Source of the DNA: a virus
IMG/VR virus record: IMGVR_UViG_3300028822_000274
Location: 1 to 64,000 of that record
Reading direction: 5' to 3' (one strand)
Length of the DNA stretch: 64,000 bases
Shown in pieces: positions 8,308-16,464 of this stretch. Numbering within the stretch: position 1 is the stretch's first letter; every line of letters begins with the position of its first letter. The notes under the pieces are model-generated. The model made no database searches and was not told the DNA's origin. It saw nothing but the letters and a program-made list of their open reading frames with translations. A program made the position numbers and the translations under genes.

Positions 8308-9930
8308 ATGTCTTCACGACGAACATTGGTTTCGGCTGGACCGATTCCTTCAAAACTGGACTCTGTCAAGTACATCACGAATAGATTCAAGGGCAGAACA
8401 ATAGTGGACATGGCGCACAAGCTTGCCAGCTGGAATAATATTGTTGATTTGGTTGTGTGGAAGCATTCTCCAGTCAAGCAATTCCTGGCATTCAAGTCCA
8501 TGGCTCGTGACGGTTCGATTATTCATGAGGTAGACGATGCCGTCGACTATTACGAAACCATGGAACGTCTTGCCCCAAAATATTCTGCGTTTGTCCTTGG
8601 AGCTGCGGTGGCAAACCTGATGCCGTCATATCCGTATGAAGGCAAGTTTCCATCTCACAGGTACCAGGAAGGCGAAGAGTTTGAGATCCAATTTGAAATA
8701 GCACCAAGAACAATAGACATGATAAAACACGTGAATCCACGTTGTTGCTTGATTGGCTATAAGCTTTACGACGGAACCCACGAAGAGCTTATAAAGGCAG
8801 CAAAAATTACTCTGGTTAACAGTCATGCGAATGCGATTATAGCCAATGATCCTAAAAATCTTATGGTTAAGCACGTCCTGCTTCCAGATGGCGCTACTAT
8901 TACTTTAAATGCAGGCAATAATGTTCAGCCAGCGCTTTTTATAGACGGTCTAATACGTCTTAAACACCATAAATCTGTCAGGGTTGGCTTGGACAGGGAA
9001 AGTATTTTACGGGAAAAGAACGAGCTTCCTATTTTGGTTTGCGAGCATTTCGAGAAATACATAAAGAAAGGCCATCATGGTGCCTGCGCTGTTCGTGGAA
9101 ATGGTTGCCATGTTATGACCTCACGCAATCACGAGGGCATAAGCATTGTTCTCGAAAACAACAAAATGAAGGACTGGGATAACCCGGAAATCTCTTTTGC
9201 AGGACACAAGCCGACAAAGAATGCTCCACTCTTATTTGACGAGCTAGCTAATGATTACGTTTTTGCCGTCCACCACAGACACGTAGAAAATTACGGTCTT
9301 GAGGTGTTCGGACATTCTTGTCCAGGAACAACAGAAGAGATGGAGAGCAAAAGCTCGGGGGATTACTACATAGAAAAGCACGGCACCATAGAGAAGAAAT
9401 ACCTCTACAACACAGACTGGAGCAAGTATTACGAATTGTATCCAGATAAATACTTCAAGACCCATCCATTGATGATGACAATATACGATGAAACCGAAGG
9501 GAAGGGTGTCTTGGACGTTGGGTGTAATACCATGTTCAGGAGTGAGTTTTGGCTCGATCCCAACATACACAGTGATAGGCCTGGACGTGTTACGTATGAA
9601 ACTCTTGGTAAATACGAATACATCATTCTCAACAACTCGATAAATTATCTCACAGAAGAGGAAATAGACCTTCTGATAGCCGCATTACAACCTGGTGGCA
9701 TGATGGTTGCCAATACGTTTGCCGATGCTCCGAAAAGGAAAATAACTGAGAACGAGATTGTGTATTCGACAGATACACATGTGTATCATATTTTGTGGGA
9801 TGGGCAGAGCAGGTACTACCAACACTCCTTTTATAACAGAGGGTTCAATTTCTGGCATTCGAAGAATTTCCTATCGAAGCTGTACAACAATAAGAGGTCT
9901 AGATTATTAACTATTGTGCGACCAAAATAA
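8308..9930 (+). CDS. Fusion of a CoaB-like (phosphopantothenoylcysteine synthetase/DFP) ligase, a class II aldolase-like domain and a class I SAM methyltransferase
   Basis: LVSAGPIPSKLDSVKYITNRFKG, GAAVAN, LIGYKL and IIAND follow the CoaB motifs; G-x-x-AVR, KPTKNAPLL, VHHRH, PGT and HG are aldolase II-like; VLDVGC...NSINYL...LQPGG is methyltransferase-like. Confidence 0.7.
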   Translation: MSSRRTLVSAGPIPSKLDSVKYITNRFKGRTIVDMAHKLASWNNIVDLVVWKHSPVKQFLAFKSMARDGSIIHEVDDAVDYYETMERLAPKYSAFVLGAAVANLMPSYPYEGKFPSHRYQEGEEFEIQFEIAPRTIDMIKHVNPRCCLIGYKLYDGTHEELIKAAKITLVNSHANAIIANDPKNLMVKHVLLPDGATITLNAGNNVQPALFIDGLIRLKHHKSVRVGLDRESILREKNELPILVCEHFEKYIKKGHHGACAVRGNGCHVMTSRNHEGISIVLENNKMKDWDNPEISFAGHKPTKNAPLLFDELANDYVFAVHHRHVENYGLEVFGHSCPGTTEEMESKSSGDYYIEKHGTIEKKYLYNTDWSKYYELYPDKYFKTHPLMMTIYDETEGKGVLDVGCNTMFRSEFWLDPNIHSDRPGRVTYETLGKYEYIILNNSINYLTEEEIDLLIAALQPGGMMVANTFADAPKRKITENEIVYSTDTHVYHILWDGQSRYYQHSFYNRGFNFWHSKNFLSKLYNNKRSRLLTIVRPK

Positions 9931-9933
9931 ACG

Positions 9934-9962
9934 TTGACAAAACTTAGTGTCTGCTATATATA
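9934..9962 (+). promoter_or_regulatory. Early promoter, copy 3
   Basis: TTGACAAAAC...TGC-TATATATA, intergenic. Confidence 0.7.
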
Positions 9963-10027
9963 TTTCTCGTGCCAATAATTAACCAAAAATAACCGGCAAT
10001 TTGTTGGTAAGGCACAGGGAGGTTTAC

Positions 10028-10417
10028 ATGGGTTGTTCACATAGGAAAGATCTTTTTTGTTGGCAGTGTTCTGAGTCTGAGCCTTGCGCAATACCTCCGG
10101 CTGCGTGGTGTCAGCACTGCAAAAACATCGTTTCGAACAAGGCGAGCACGTCTCGTTCTTTGATTCAAAAAATAATCTCGAACAAAGAGAAGTACACTGA
10201 GAGAGAGGTGCTTCTGGCAGAAAACATGCTGTGGCTGATCTATGACGCGTCACAAAAAACTGAGGCGCTGATGGATTCGTACAGGAATCTCCTCGACGGC
10301 TATGTTTACGCCGTAAAGCGTTCTGAGGAGCTTCACCAGCAGCTTTTTGAACTGAGGAGGGATAAGGATGAGTCTGGTGATAGGGCAATGGATAGCAAAC
10401 AGCGGCGCGCAGGATGA
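10028..10417 (+). CDS. Zinc-finger + coiled-coil hypothetical protein
   Basis: GGAGG RBS; CWQC and CQHC. Confidence 0.6.
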   Translation: MGCSHRKDLFCWQCSESEPCAIPPAAWCQHCKNIVSNKASTSRSLIQKIISNKEKYTEREVLLAENMLWLIYDASQKTEALMDSYRNLLDGYVYAVKRSEELHQQLFELRRDKDESGDRAMDSKQRRAG

Positions 10418-10418
10418 T

Positions 10419-10574
10419 ATGATGGCGGCCATCGAGTCATTCTTGTCTGAGCTTGATCAAGAAGGCGACCTCGGAGACACGGTAAACAATCTCAAGTTGT
10501 CTGAAAGGGTTCGCTTGTTCTCTTACATCTGTTCGTTGCTGGAAAGGGAGGCGGCGCTGCATGAAGCAACATAA
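10419..10574 (+). CDS. Hypothetical protein
   Basis: AGGA RBS; fills the operon gap. Confidence 0.45.
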   Translation: MMAAIESFLSELDQEGDLGDTVNNLKLSERVRLFSYICSLLEREAALHEAT

Positions 10575-10812
10575 AAATGAATGTGTCTTAGGCAACTGCT
10601 GGGATTCGACTGACGAACATGAGGTTCTGCCTACTGATGAATGGTGCCCAAGGTGCCGTGAGCTGGTGAGTATTAGATGCGCGGTCATCGAGGGCGAAGT
10701 GGCAAAGGTCTCGAAGGATCCTTCCAGGTACTGTCAGGAGACGAGGGCGGCATCAGAAATGATGTCGTGGTTGCTGAGAAAAATAGCGTTGCTCCAAACT
10801 TACAAGGAGTAG
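10561..10812 (+). CDS. Hypothetical protein with CxxC
   Basis: GGAGG RBS; WCPRC. Confidence 0.55.
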   Translation: MKQHKNECVLGNCWDSTDEHEVLPTDEWCPRCRELVSIRCAVIEGEVAKVSKDPSRYCQETRAASEMMSWLLRKIALLQTYKE

Positions 10813-10817
10813 GGAAG

Positions 10818-11054
10818 ATGGAGAAGAGTTTGAGGGACAGGATTGGAAAGGTGATATTGGAGGCATTCGAACGCTCGTACTGGGAGAGCAGGCACGAGTC
10901 ATCTGATCCAAGAGAACACCTTAATTACGACCCTGATGTGTGTTGGAGGGCAGCAGACAGTGTTGTTGCAGTGATCGTCGAAGCTTTGACTGGGCAGAGA
11001 AGCGTACCGAAGAAAAACGGCGGGATCTTAGTAGACAGCCATCGTCTATTTTAA
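10818..11054 (+). CDS. Hypothetical protein
   Basis: RBS before ATG at 10818. Confidence 0.5.
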   Translation: MEKSLRDRIGKVILEAFERSYWESRHESSDPREHLNYDPDVCWRAADSVVAVIVEALTGQRSVPKKNGGILVDSHRLF

Positions 11055-11066
11055 ACGGAGTCAAAA

Positions 11067-11549
11067 ATGAAATTGGAAGAAGTTCGACCTGAGCTGCGGT
11101 GGTTCGTCAAAAAAATGGAATCTCGAATGGCGGTAAACGACGGGGTGAAATCTGGGTGGGAGGTAGAGCCATTAAATTATTTTTTGGGCCGGATTGACGA
11201 CGCCGCTTCTGGGCTTTCCTCAAGAATAGTAAAGGGGTGCGGCGTGTTGGAGAAGGCCGCAGATATATCAAATTATGCAATGATGCTGGCTTATGTGTGG
11301 ATGAATGGCATATCACTAGGTGATAGGCGTTCAGCTGAGGACGATTTCCCAAAAATTCTTGAGGACAAAACTCAAGAGCATCATGCTAATTCTGCATTTG
11401 ACAGGCTCAACAAGCTCGAAAACGCGGTTGATGTATATCTTAAATACTGCGGCCCGTGTGAGACAGACACCGAAGAACATGGTTTCTGCTGTGACTGGGA
11501 CGACTGCCCCTATTGCAACCTATACAGAATAGTAAGAGAGGGTAGGTGA
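11067..11549 (+). CDS. MazG-like/all-alpha NTP pyrophosphatase-fold protein with a C-terminal Cys cluster
   Basis: FVKKMESRMAVND..KSGW...KAADISNYAMML resembles the phage 'NDHKGGW...EAADVANFAMM' family; catalytic Glu residues look degenerate. Confidence 0.5.
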   Translation: MKLEEVRPELRWFVKKMESRMAVNDGVKSGWEVEPLNYFLGRIDDAASGLSSRIVKGCGVLEKAADISNYAMMLAYVWMNGISLGDRRSAEDDFPKILEDKTQEHHANSAFDRLNKLENAVDVYLKYCGPCETDTEEHGFCCDWDDCPYCNLYRIVREGR

Positions 11550-11552
11550 AGT

Positions 11553-12326
11553 ATGCTGTGTGAAAGATGTGGTCAGTGGTCGGCATTTTATGAGCTTTAT
11601 GGGGAGAAGCTGTGCGACTTCTGTCTTATTGCCAGGAAGACAGAGTATCTGGATCAAGATTATGGTCATCACATATCTCTTCCGATAAAGAAGATTCCCT
11701 GTGTCACCGAAGCCATAAAAATCCGGTCACGCCTTAAGCAGACCAAACTTAACCGGGTCTTGATCGATATGTCGCCTGTCAAAGGGTCGGATGTTTATGC
11801 GTATGTAGTTGACCATGAAGTCACACCGGAATTTTTTGAACAGAAGGTTAAGCCGATCCTCAAGGCAGGTCATTTTTCTGACCCTACATTTATTTTGTGT
11901 CGTCCTGTTTTTGAGGAAGAGCGTGCTGTGAATGAGGTTGGGAGGGTGTTTAGTCTTAGCAGCACCAAAGAATCCGACATGACAGACACCTTAGATGTAT
12001 TCTTTTCTTTCTTGACACGTCTGAATTATGAGAAGGATCTATGCGAAATAACCGGTCGCAAATATAGTTTTTCTGAGTTTGTATCTAAACTCATAGGCGC
12101 TCAGTTTTATGACTGTATGCATAGTGGAATGAACAAAAAGCTGGTCTCGTTGCTCAAAACTCTTATCAGGCGTTTGGGTGCGGATCTTAGTACTGAGGTT
12201 TATCCTGCGGACACCAAAGGTGACAATTGGTATACTCTTGGTGATTGGCTTATGGAGGTTCACGACTTGCCGGAAGTAAACTTGAAGGCGATGCCTGAAA
12301 ACGTCGTGTCTGCACTAACAAAATAG
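11553..12326 (+). CDS. Hypothetical protein with an N-terminal zinc finger
   Basis: CERC...LCDFC; AGGTG RBS. Confidence 0.65.
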   Translation: MLCERCGQWSAFYELYGEKLCDFCLIARKTEYLDQDYGHHISLPIKKIPCVTEAIKIRSRLKQTKLNRVLIDMSPVKGSDVYAYVVDHEVTPEFFEQKVKPILKAGHFSDPTFILCRPVFEEERAVNEVGRVFSLSSTKESDMTDTLDVFFSFLTRLNYEKDLCEITGRKYSFSEFVSKLIGAQFYDCMHSGMNKKLVSLLKTLIRRLGADLSTEVYPADTKGDNWYTLGDWLMEVHDLPEVNLKAMPENVVSALTK

Positions 12327-12334
12327 GCGGTAAA

Positions 12335-12595
12335 ATGAGGGAGGATATGAAATACATAATGATAAACAAGCAAGCTCCTGTTTTGTTCTCTCCAGCTTTG
12401 GAACATGCTGCTGTAGCTAATGCATGCGTACAAAGTGCTTCTGACATAATTACAGGCGCTGGTTTTGTGATGATTTTGCCTGAAGGCAGAGCAGAATGTT
12501 ATGGTTCTAGTGTAAGCCTCGGTGATTTACCTGCAGGAAAACATGACAGTAAAATAGTCACAAAAACGTTGTTCGGGGAGGAACACAATGGCTGA
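12335..12595 (+). CDS. Conserved phage hypothetical protein
   Basis: KYI...PVLF...H...GAGFV...CYGSSVSL pattern; true start may be 12347. Confidence 0.6.
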   Translation: MREDMKYIMINKQAPVLFSPALEHAAVANACVQSASDIITGAGFVMILPEGRAECYGSSVSLGDLPAGKHDSKIVTKTLFGEEHNG

Positions 12596-12920
12596 CAAAA
12601 AAGAAAACAACAAAGGTATTACGTCCGGCGTAGATTTGGCTTCTCTCTTGGATGTCTCGCCGGAACAACTTGCGGCCCTGCAGTATGATGCGTTGAAGGG
12701 GCATGCCATTTCCAGGCTCAAGAAAGTCATCTCCTTATTGGAGGACAATCATTTGTGCCAAATTGAGGGTGAGATGAAATATTCTCCCGCTGGTGGCGCA
12801 TATGGTGGAGACAACCACTACGTTGATTTTTCCTGGTGCGAGTCTCAGCGTGAACATGGACGCGGTGTTGATTTGTTGGAGGTCGTGATCGATTTAATGC
12901 GACTTCAAAATCAAATATAG
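12588..12920 (+). CDS. Hypothetical protein
   Basis: GGAGG RBS. Confidence 0.6.
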   Translation: MADKKENNKGITSGVDLASLLDVSPEQLAALQYDALKGHAISRLKKVISLLEDNHLCQIEGEMKYSPAGGAYGGDNHYVDFSWCESQREHGRGVDLLEVVIDLMRLQNQI

Positions 12921-12950
12921 GGTGCACCATGGGTAAACCGGAGAACAAAG

Positions 12951-13184
12951 ATGAATAAAAAAGAAGCAAAAATAAAAGCACTTGGGCATGTTACTTTAGT
13001 TATTGATACAGCAATAGATGATATTTATGACTATTTTTGTACTATGCCAAGTAAGGATAGGGAAAAAGTAAAAGAAGCAATGGGTGAAATCAATGGAACC
13101 CTTTGGCGTCGCTTGCTGAGATTGTCGAGCAATAAAACAAAGGGCGAAAAGCCCACTGAGGAAGAGTTCGGACAACGTTGTTAA
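12951..13184 (+). CDS. Hypothetical protein
   Basis: GGAG RBS. Confidence 0.55.
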   Translation: MNKKEAKIKALGHVTLVIDTAIDDIYDYFCTMPSKDREKVKEAMGEINGTLWRRLLRLSSNKTKGEKPTEEEFGQRC

Positions 13185-13210
13185 GGCACTAACTGAGTGG
13201 GGAGCTACTC

Positions 13211-13420
13211 ATGGTCAATGATTTTGAGCCCGTTGCAAGCGAATATGGAGCGGAAGAAATAAACCTGTCCGTATTCCAGGCCCATGGTCCTGGCTCATGT
13301 CCTCTATGTGGCAGCAATACGATACTGACATCAGGGGAGTACGGAAGGTTTTACGGCTGTGTCAATTTTCCAGATTGCTGCGGATCGAGGCAGGTGAAAA
13401 TCATATACATACTAAAATAG
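13211..13420 (+). CDS. Stand-alone topoisomerase-type C4 zinc ribbon
   Basis: GPGSCPLCGSNTILTSGEYGRFYGCVNFPDC. Confidence 0.7.
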   Translation: MVNDFEPVASEYGAEEINLSVFQAHGPGSCPLCGSNTILTSGEYGRFYGCVNFPDCCGSRQVKIIYILK

Positions 13421-13427
13421 GATCGTC

Positions 13428-13727
13428 ATGAAGATTAAGATTGAAAACAAACATCTTTATTCAATGGGCGAAAATGTTGTTGTTACGGCTATATCTTCTT
13501 TTGAGAATATAGATGGGAAAATGGAGGTTAAGACAAACAAATTGGCTGTCCCTAGAATCGGAAAGGTCACTGGTGTAAAAAGCGTTTGTGGTAATGAGTT
13601 CTGGACTGTTCGTTGGGGGATCATGAACAAAGAGGTCCTGGTTTCTCCAGAAAACATACGGGTTCCCCCTTACGGAAAAGCCGGTGATTTTCCTGTTTTA
13701 AACAGACAGAAAAGTTATTTTTGTTAG
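13428..13727 (+). CDS. Hypothetical protein, SH3/KOW-like
   Basis: Beta-rich ORF with AGGA RBS. Confidence 0.55.
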   Translation: MKIKIENKHLYSMGENVVVTAISSFENIDGKMEVKTNKLAVPRIGKVTGVKSVCGNEFWTVRWGIMNKEVLVSPENIRVPPYGKAGDFPVLNRQKSYFC

Positions 13728-13735
13728 TAGTTCTG

Positions 13736-13764
13736 TTGACAAAACCCACCGTATGGTATACGTT
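13736..13764 (+). promoter_or_regulatory. Early promoter, copy 4
   Basis: TTGACAAAAC...TGG-TATACGTT, intergenic. Confidence 0.7.
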
Positions 13765-13806
13765 ACTGCTTGGTAGTTGCTGACACCCAAAAAGAAAGGG
13801 TCTTCG

Positions 13807-14772
13807 ATGAAACACTTATTGTTAAGTGTCTTGTTTTTGGTGTCCTGTGAAACAGCAGATGTGCCTTATTATGTTACATTTGGCTCAGGACCTGGCACTA
13901 CATCTGAGACATTCGAAGGTACGCATCAGACTTCAGTAGATACCGAGGAGACCGATGATTGGATTTGGATTGAAGATACTGGGAGCACTTCTGATTTTTC
14001 TACTATTTCTACCGTGGATACTGGTAGTGACAGTGAGGCAGGAAGTGCTGTTTCGGGTTCAGCAACGGAAACTGAAGATACGTGGCCGCACGAAACAGAA
14101 CAAGAAATGACCTCGACGGAGGTGGAGACTGTGGAAACGGACTCGGTGCCGGAGCCTGATACGGAAACGGAAGAAGAAACTCAGGGAACTGAGGACCAGA
14201 CGGTTGAGACAGAAGAAGACACGATAGACACAACAGATTTTTTGGATACTTTTGACAGTGACACTGGCTCAGGATCAGAATACGTCGATACGGTCTCTGA
14301 ATTTGATTCCGGCGATACTGACCCAGAAGAAGACACAGGAACAGGTATAGATACGAACCCGGATACAAACTGGGTGACAGATCCTGATACCGGCGATCCT
14401 ATTTGTCCTCTGAATGATGCGATGTTCGATGGTTTGTCAGATACATGCTGGTTTCTGGGCGAGGGGGACGAGAGTTGTTTGGATGTTTGCAGTAGGTTCA
14501 ACGGCGAATACAGTATTAGAACATCATCTTATGTAGGCTCAATAGGAATAGCTGATCATGGTTTTGAAGCTATGATTGCCTGCAGGGACATGCTGAAATG
14601 GTTTGATGTTGACCGCAAGGGAAAAGACCCAAATGAGCTGGGTTCAAACGACACTCATTTAGGTTGTTACTTCTTCACTAGCCAGGAAACCAGCTATATT
14701 GGGTTGTCCTCGACAACACCAGAGGCACGTGATCCAGAAGCACGGCGTTTGTGCGCCTGTGTAGTTTATTAA
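13807..14772 (+). CDS. Lipoprotein with a long Thr/Asp/Glu/Ser-rich linker and a Cys-rich C-terminal domain
   Basis: MKHLLLSVLFLVS-C lipobox; about 170 aa of low-complexity acidic sequence; C-terminal domain CW...SCLDVC...RRLCAC. Confidence 0.75.
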   Translation: MKHLLLSVLFLVSCETADVPYYVTFGSGPGTTSETFEGTHQTSVDTEETDDWIWIEDTGSTSDFSTISTVDTGSDSEAGSAVSGSATETEDTWPHETEQEMTSTEVETVETDSVPEPDTETEEETQGTEDQTVETEEDTIDTTDFLDTFDSDTGSGSEYVDTVSEFDSGDTDPEEDTGTGIDTNPDTNWVTDPDTGDPICPLNDAMFDGLSDTCWFLGEGDESCLDVCSRFNGEYSIRTSSYVGSIGIADHGFEAMIACRDMLKWFDVDRKGKDPNELGSNDTHLGCYFFTSQETSYIGLSSTTPEARDPEARRLCACVVY

Positions 14773-14790
14773 CTGAAAGGACAAATAGAT

Positions 14791-15075
14791 ATGGCAAAGC
14801 CAGAGAAGGAAACTCGAAGTTTGGCCATGGCAGCGTATTGTCATCAATGTCTTGGGTATTATCAGGACGGAAAACACGACTGTGAGGCCGCAAGGTGTCC
14901 TCTCTACAAATGGATGCCGTACAGGAAGCTCGAACCCGACACGACCTGGTTAAAGTACAACCCGAGGTCGAAAGGACTGGTTACTTGGGAAGATAGCGAG
15001 CGGGAGCTTAGCGCTGAAGCAAAGCAGGCTGCAGCGGATAGAATCCGTGGCTTGCACAAGAAAAAGGAAGGATGA
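14791..15075 (+). CDS. Conserved phage zinc-binding protein
   Basis: AYCHQCLG...DC...CPLYKWMPY. Confidence 0.65.
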   Translation: MAKPEKETRSLAMAAYCHQCLGYYQDGKHDCEAARCPLYKWMPYRKLEPDTTWLKYNPRSKGLVTWEDSERELSAEAKQAAADRIRGLHKKKEG

Positions 15076-15076
15076 C

Positions 15077-15403
15077 ATGGATATTTTCTTCGGGCCGTCA
15101 GGAAGCGGAAAAACAACAGAACTTTTGAAACTTGCGCACCGATCTCCTTATATTATTGTAACGATGTCAAAACAGCGAGCCTATTTTTTATATAAGGAAT
15201 CACTCAGTTCTGATCTTTCTATTTATTATCCGATTACCTATACTGAACTTTTACATAATAGCGTCATTCATGAAGGGTCTAGGATCCAGGGATTTTTGTT
15301 TGATGATGTGGAACAGTTTTTACATCTAATCTCTAACGGAAAGGCTGTTCGCGCAATGACGTTTTCTGCGCCGGTAAAAGGCGAAGTTCACGGAGCGTCC
15401 TGA
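15077..15403 (+). CDS. Small P-loop NTPase
   Basis: Walker A GPSGSGKT and Walker B-like FLFDD. Confidence 0.65.
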   Translation: MDIFFGPSGSGKTTELLKLAHRSPYIIVTMSKQRAYFLYKESLSSDLSIYYPITYTELLHNSVIHEGSRIQGFLFDDVEQFLHLISNGKAVRAMTFSAPVKGEVHGAS

Positions 15404-15669
15404 TGTTGAGGTTTCGGGCAGTAGACAAGGGAAATATCTGCTATGGCGAAGATTCGGTTCAAGAAACGTGTACAAAAAAACGAGGTCACTTCTCAGTCGA
15501 AAGAAAAATCAGAGACGGTTCAGCAGTCTTTGGAGTGTGCCACGACGGCTGGTCAGAACACGAAGTCTGCAGAACGAGAAAAGAGGCAATCAATAGAGCA
15601 GAACAACTCAGAAAGCACTTCAGCTGGGGTAGAGATTTCATTTTCAGAGTTGTCCACATCACCGAATAA
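15403..15669 (+). CDS. Hypothetical protein
   Basis: TGATG-coupled ORF. Confidence 0.45.
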   Translation: MLRFRAVDKGNICYGEDSVQETCTKKRGHFSVERKIRDGSAVFGVCHDGWSEHEVCRTRKEAINRAEQLRKHFSWGRDFIFRVVHITE

Positions 15670-15676
15670 CCCACCG

Positions 15677-15850
15677 ATGTTCCGGTCACACCATGACGCG
15701 GCAAAGGAAGGGTGCCCGGCATGTGGGGCAGAACTCAACGCGAAATGCGTTATCCCAGCTCACCAGTACTGGACGATTTGTTGTTGGCGATGCCAAAAGA
15801 AGAAGCTTTATGATGTCAACTACCACATCAAAGGCACTAAAAAATCATGA
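15677..15850 (+). CDS. Small zinc-ribbon protein
   Basis: CPACG...CCWRC; start uncertain. Confidence 0.5.
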   Translation: MFRSHHDAAKEGCPACGAELNAKCVIPAHQYWTICCWRCQKKKLYDVNYHIKGTKKS

Positions 15851-16023
15851 ATAGTGAATTAAATCTCACGACCGACAATTTCATGTTGGTCTGCTCCAGG
15901 TGCGGCTCTTTTGAAGGCCCCCTTTATCTCATACCAGGTAGAAACGGACAGTTTTTATCTGGGTTCATTGTTTGCTGTGAGGGTTGTCTGGAAGTTGTAA
16001 TACCTAATAACAAGGATGAATGA
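15847..16023 (+). CDS. 58-aa zinc-finger protein (not in the ORF track)
   Basis: CSRCG...CCEGC; ATGA-coupled at both ends. Confidence 0.55.
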   Translation: MNSELNLTTDNFMLVCSRCGSFEGPLYLIPGRNGQFLSGFIVCCEGCLEVVIPNNKDE

Positions 16024-16226
16024 TGTTTCACTCTATGGATATTGATGGAAAATTCTTTGTGGAAATTATGTGCGATAAATGCTCTCACGCTGGCCCAAGA
16101 GTTCCGGCCAAAGGTTTCCTTGATCCAGAAGCAAGAAAAGAAGCAATCGAAAAAGCAAAAGAAAACGGTTTTTTGGACGAAGAGTGTTACGGCGGAAGGG
16201 CTTACTTCTGCGCAAACTGCAAATAG
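16020..16226 (+). CDS. Small zinc-finger protein
   Basis: CDKC...FCANCK. Confidence 0.6.
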   Translation: MMFHSMDIDGKFFVEIMCDKCSHAGPRVPAKGFLDPEARKEAIEKAKENGFLDEECYGGRAYFCANCK

Positions 16227-16235
16227 GAGAACGAC

Positions 16236-16454
16236 ATGGGAGACAATTACATCTTTACATTTGGCGTAGGGCATGAACTGGCAAAATATTACGTCGAGCT
16301 TTGTGGCGACATTTCCTCTACTCGGGAGGAAATGTTTCGTCTTTTCGGACCACACTGGGCCTTTCAATATGACAAGAAGAAAGGGGACGAGCTTGTGAAG
16401 GAATACAATTACATCCCTCTCAAAGTCGATTCTCCGGTGTCATTCCATCAGTAA
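16236..16454 (+). CDS. Conserved phage hypothetical protein
   Basis: FTFGVGH...YV...REEMFRLFGPHWAFQY pattern; AGGAG RBS. Confidence 0.6.
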   Translation: MGDNYIFTFGVGHELAKYYVELCGDISSTREEMFRLFGPHWAFQYDKKKGDELVKEYNYIPLKVDSPVSFHQ

Positions 16455-16464
16455 AGGCTTTGTC

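Noticed and set aside
15077-15403. Thymidine kinase call for the small P-loop protein
   Set aside because: It is only about 108 aa and lacks the DEAQF motif and Zn-lasso domain, so it is left as a generic NTPase
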